From positions 1 to 25,672 of the IMG/VR virus record IMGVR_UViG_3300032212_000702: a DNA stretch of 25,672 nucleotides, one strand, 5' to 3'. Positions 25,243 to 25,672 of the stretch are shown here, one piece after another. This DNA comes from a virus. Lineage: Duplodnaviria > Caudoviricetes. The first letter of the stretch is position 1. Each line of letters opens with the position of its first letter. The position numbers and the translations under genes are program-made. The notes below the pieces were generated by a model. That model worked only from the letters and a program-made list of their open reading frames with translations, had not been told where the DNA came from and made no database searches.

Positions 25243-25672
25243 AAATGAAAAATTAAAAGAGCTGCTTTATGACATTGGTAAAGCAGTAGAAAAACAAGCT
25301 ACAGAAAACGCACCACTTGACACAGGTGACCTCAAAAATGACATTCAAATATTTGACGATAATATAAATAATCTTTCCATCTCGATAGGTAACTCAACAG
25401 CAGTTGAATATGCTAAGTTTGTACATGAGGGAACTGGTATATATGGAGCTAAAAAAAGACGTATAACTCCTACAAAAAAGAAAGCTCTAAAAACTCCATT
25501 TGGGCTTAGAAAATCTATCAAAGGTCAAAAGGCTCAACCCTACTTAGAAGATGCACTTCAAGAAGTTGTAAACTCAGGTCAGATGGATAGAATGTTAGCC
25601 AATTATGCAGATGATTTAGGTGAAGATATTTTTAAAAGTATTGAAGAAAGTTTATCTGCGCTTAAAAAGTAG
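25232..25672 (+). CDS. HK97 gp10/Mu gpG-like virion morphogenesis protein
   Basis: APLDTGDLKNDI, EYAKFVHEGTG, KGQKAQPYL motifs. Confidence 0.9.
   Translation: MTNENEKLKELLYDIGKAVEKQATENAPLDTGDLKNDIQIFDDNINNLSISIGNSTAVEYAKFVHEGTGIYGAKKRRITPTKKKALKTPFGLRKSIKGQKAQPYLEDALQEVVNSGQMDRMLANYADDLGEDIFKSIEESLSALKK

Larger units (their letters stand above)
1..25672. mobile_element. Mu-like transposable temperate phage/prophage with a non-contractile tail, internal segment (ends not identified in window)
   Basis: MuA DDE transposase and MuB ATPase, GemA-like, MuF, cI repressor, portal, terminase, capsid, tail tube and tape measure; no host housekeeping genes or tail sheath seen. Confidence 0.95.

Noticed and set aside
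1-25672. Diversity-generating retroelement, invertible tail-fibre segment, Mu ends, tRNA genes
   Set aside because: No reverse transcriptase, invertase, template/variable repeat pair, MuA end-repeat array or tRNA cloverleaf recognised; they could lie outside the window

Overview
The whole AT-rich window is the interior of a transposable (Mu-like) temperate phage or prophage. The host is probably Campylobacterota; this is an inference from composition and protein style. Left part (minus strand, 11179 to 1): prohead protease/scaffold, major capsid with a fused Ig-like domain, head-tail genes, a putative membrane-lysis trio, tail tube, a GNAT-like gene, a tail chaperone with a -1 frameshift, tape measure and tail-tip genes, with no sheath gene seen. 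Portal and terminase (plus strand) diverge from this operon. In the middle are a cI-type S24 repressor and a secreted-protein gene (minus), then a divergent switch with two operators. The early operon (plus) carries an antirepressor-like gene, a Ner-like gene, MuA, MuB, an amidase, ASCH-like, DciA-like and GemA-like genes, a tandem Ogr/Delta-like gene, MuF with a toxin-like C-terminal extension plus a candidate immunity gene, and a gpG/HK97 gp10-like gene. The most unusual signals are non-coding: (1) a multi-stem RNA downstream of the antirepressor gene that is complementary to that gene's own RBS and start codon, (2) a family of covarying bulged hairpins repeated through the early operon, and (3) a 90-bp three-hairpin element duplicated ahead of two late genes. 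No phage ends, tRNA, rRNA or CRISPR array were seen. All protein calls come from motif recognition by eye, not from database searches.
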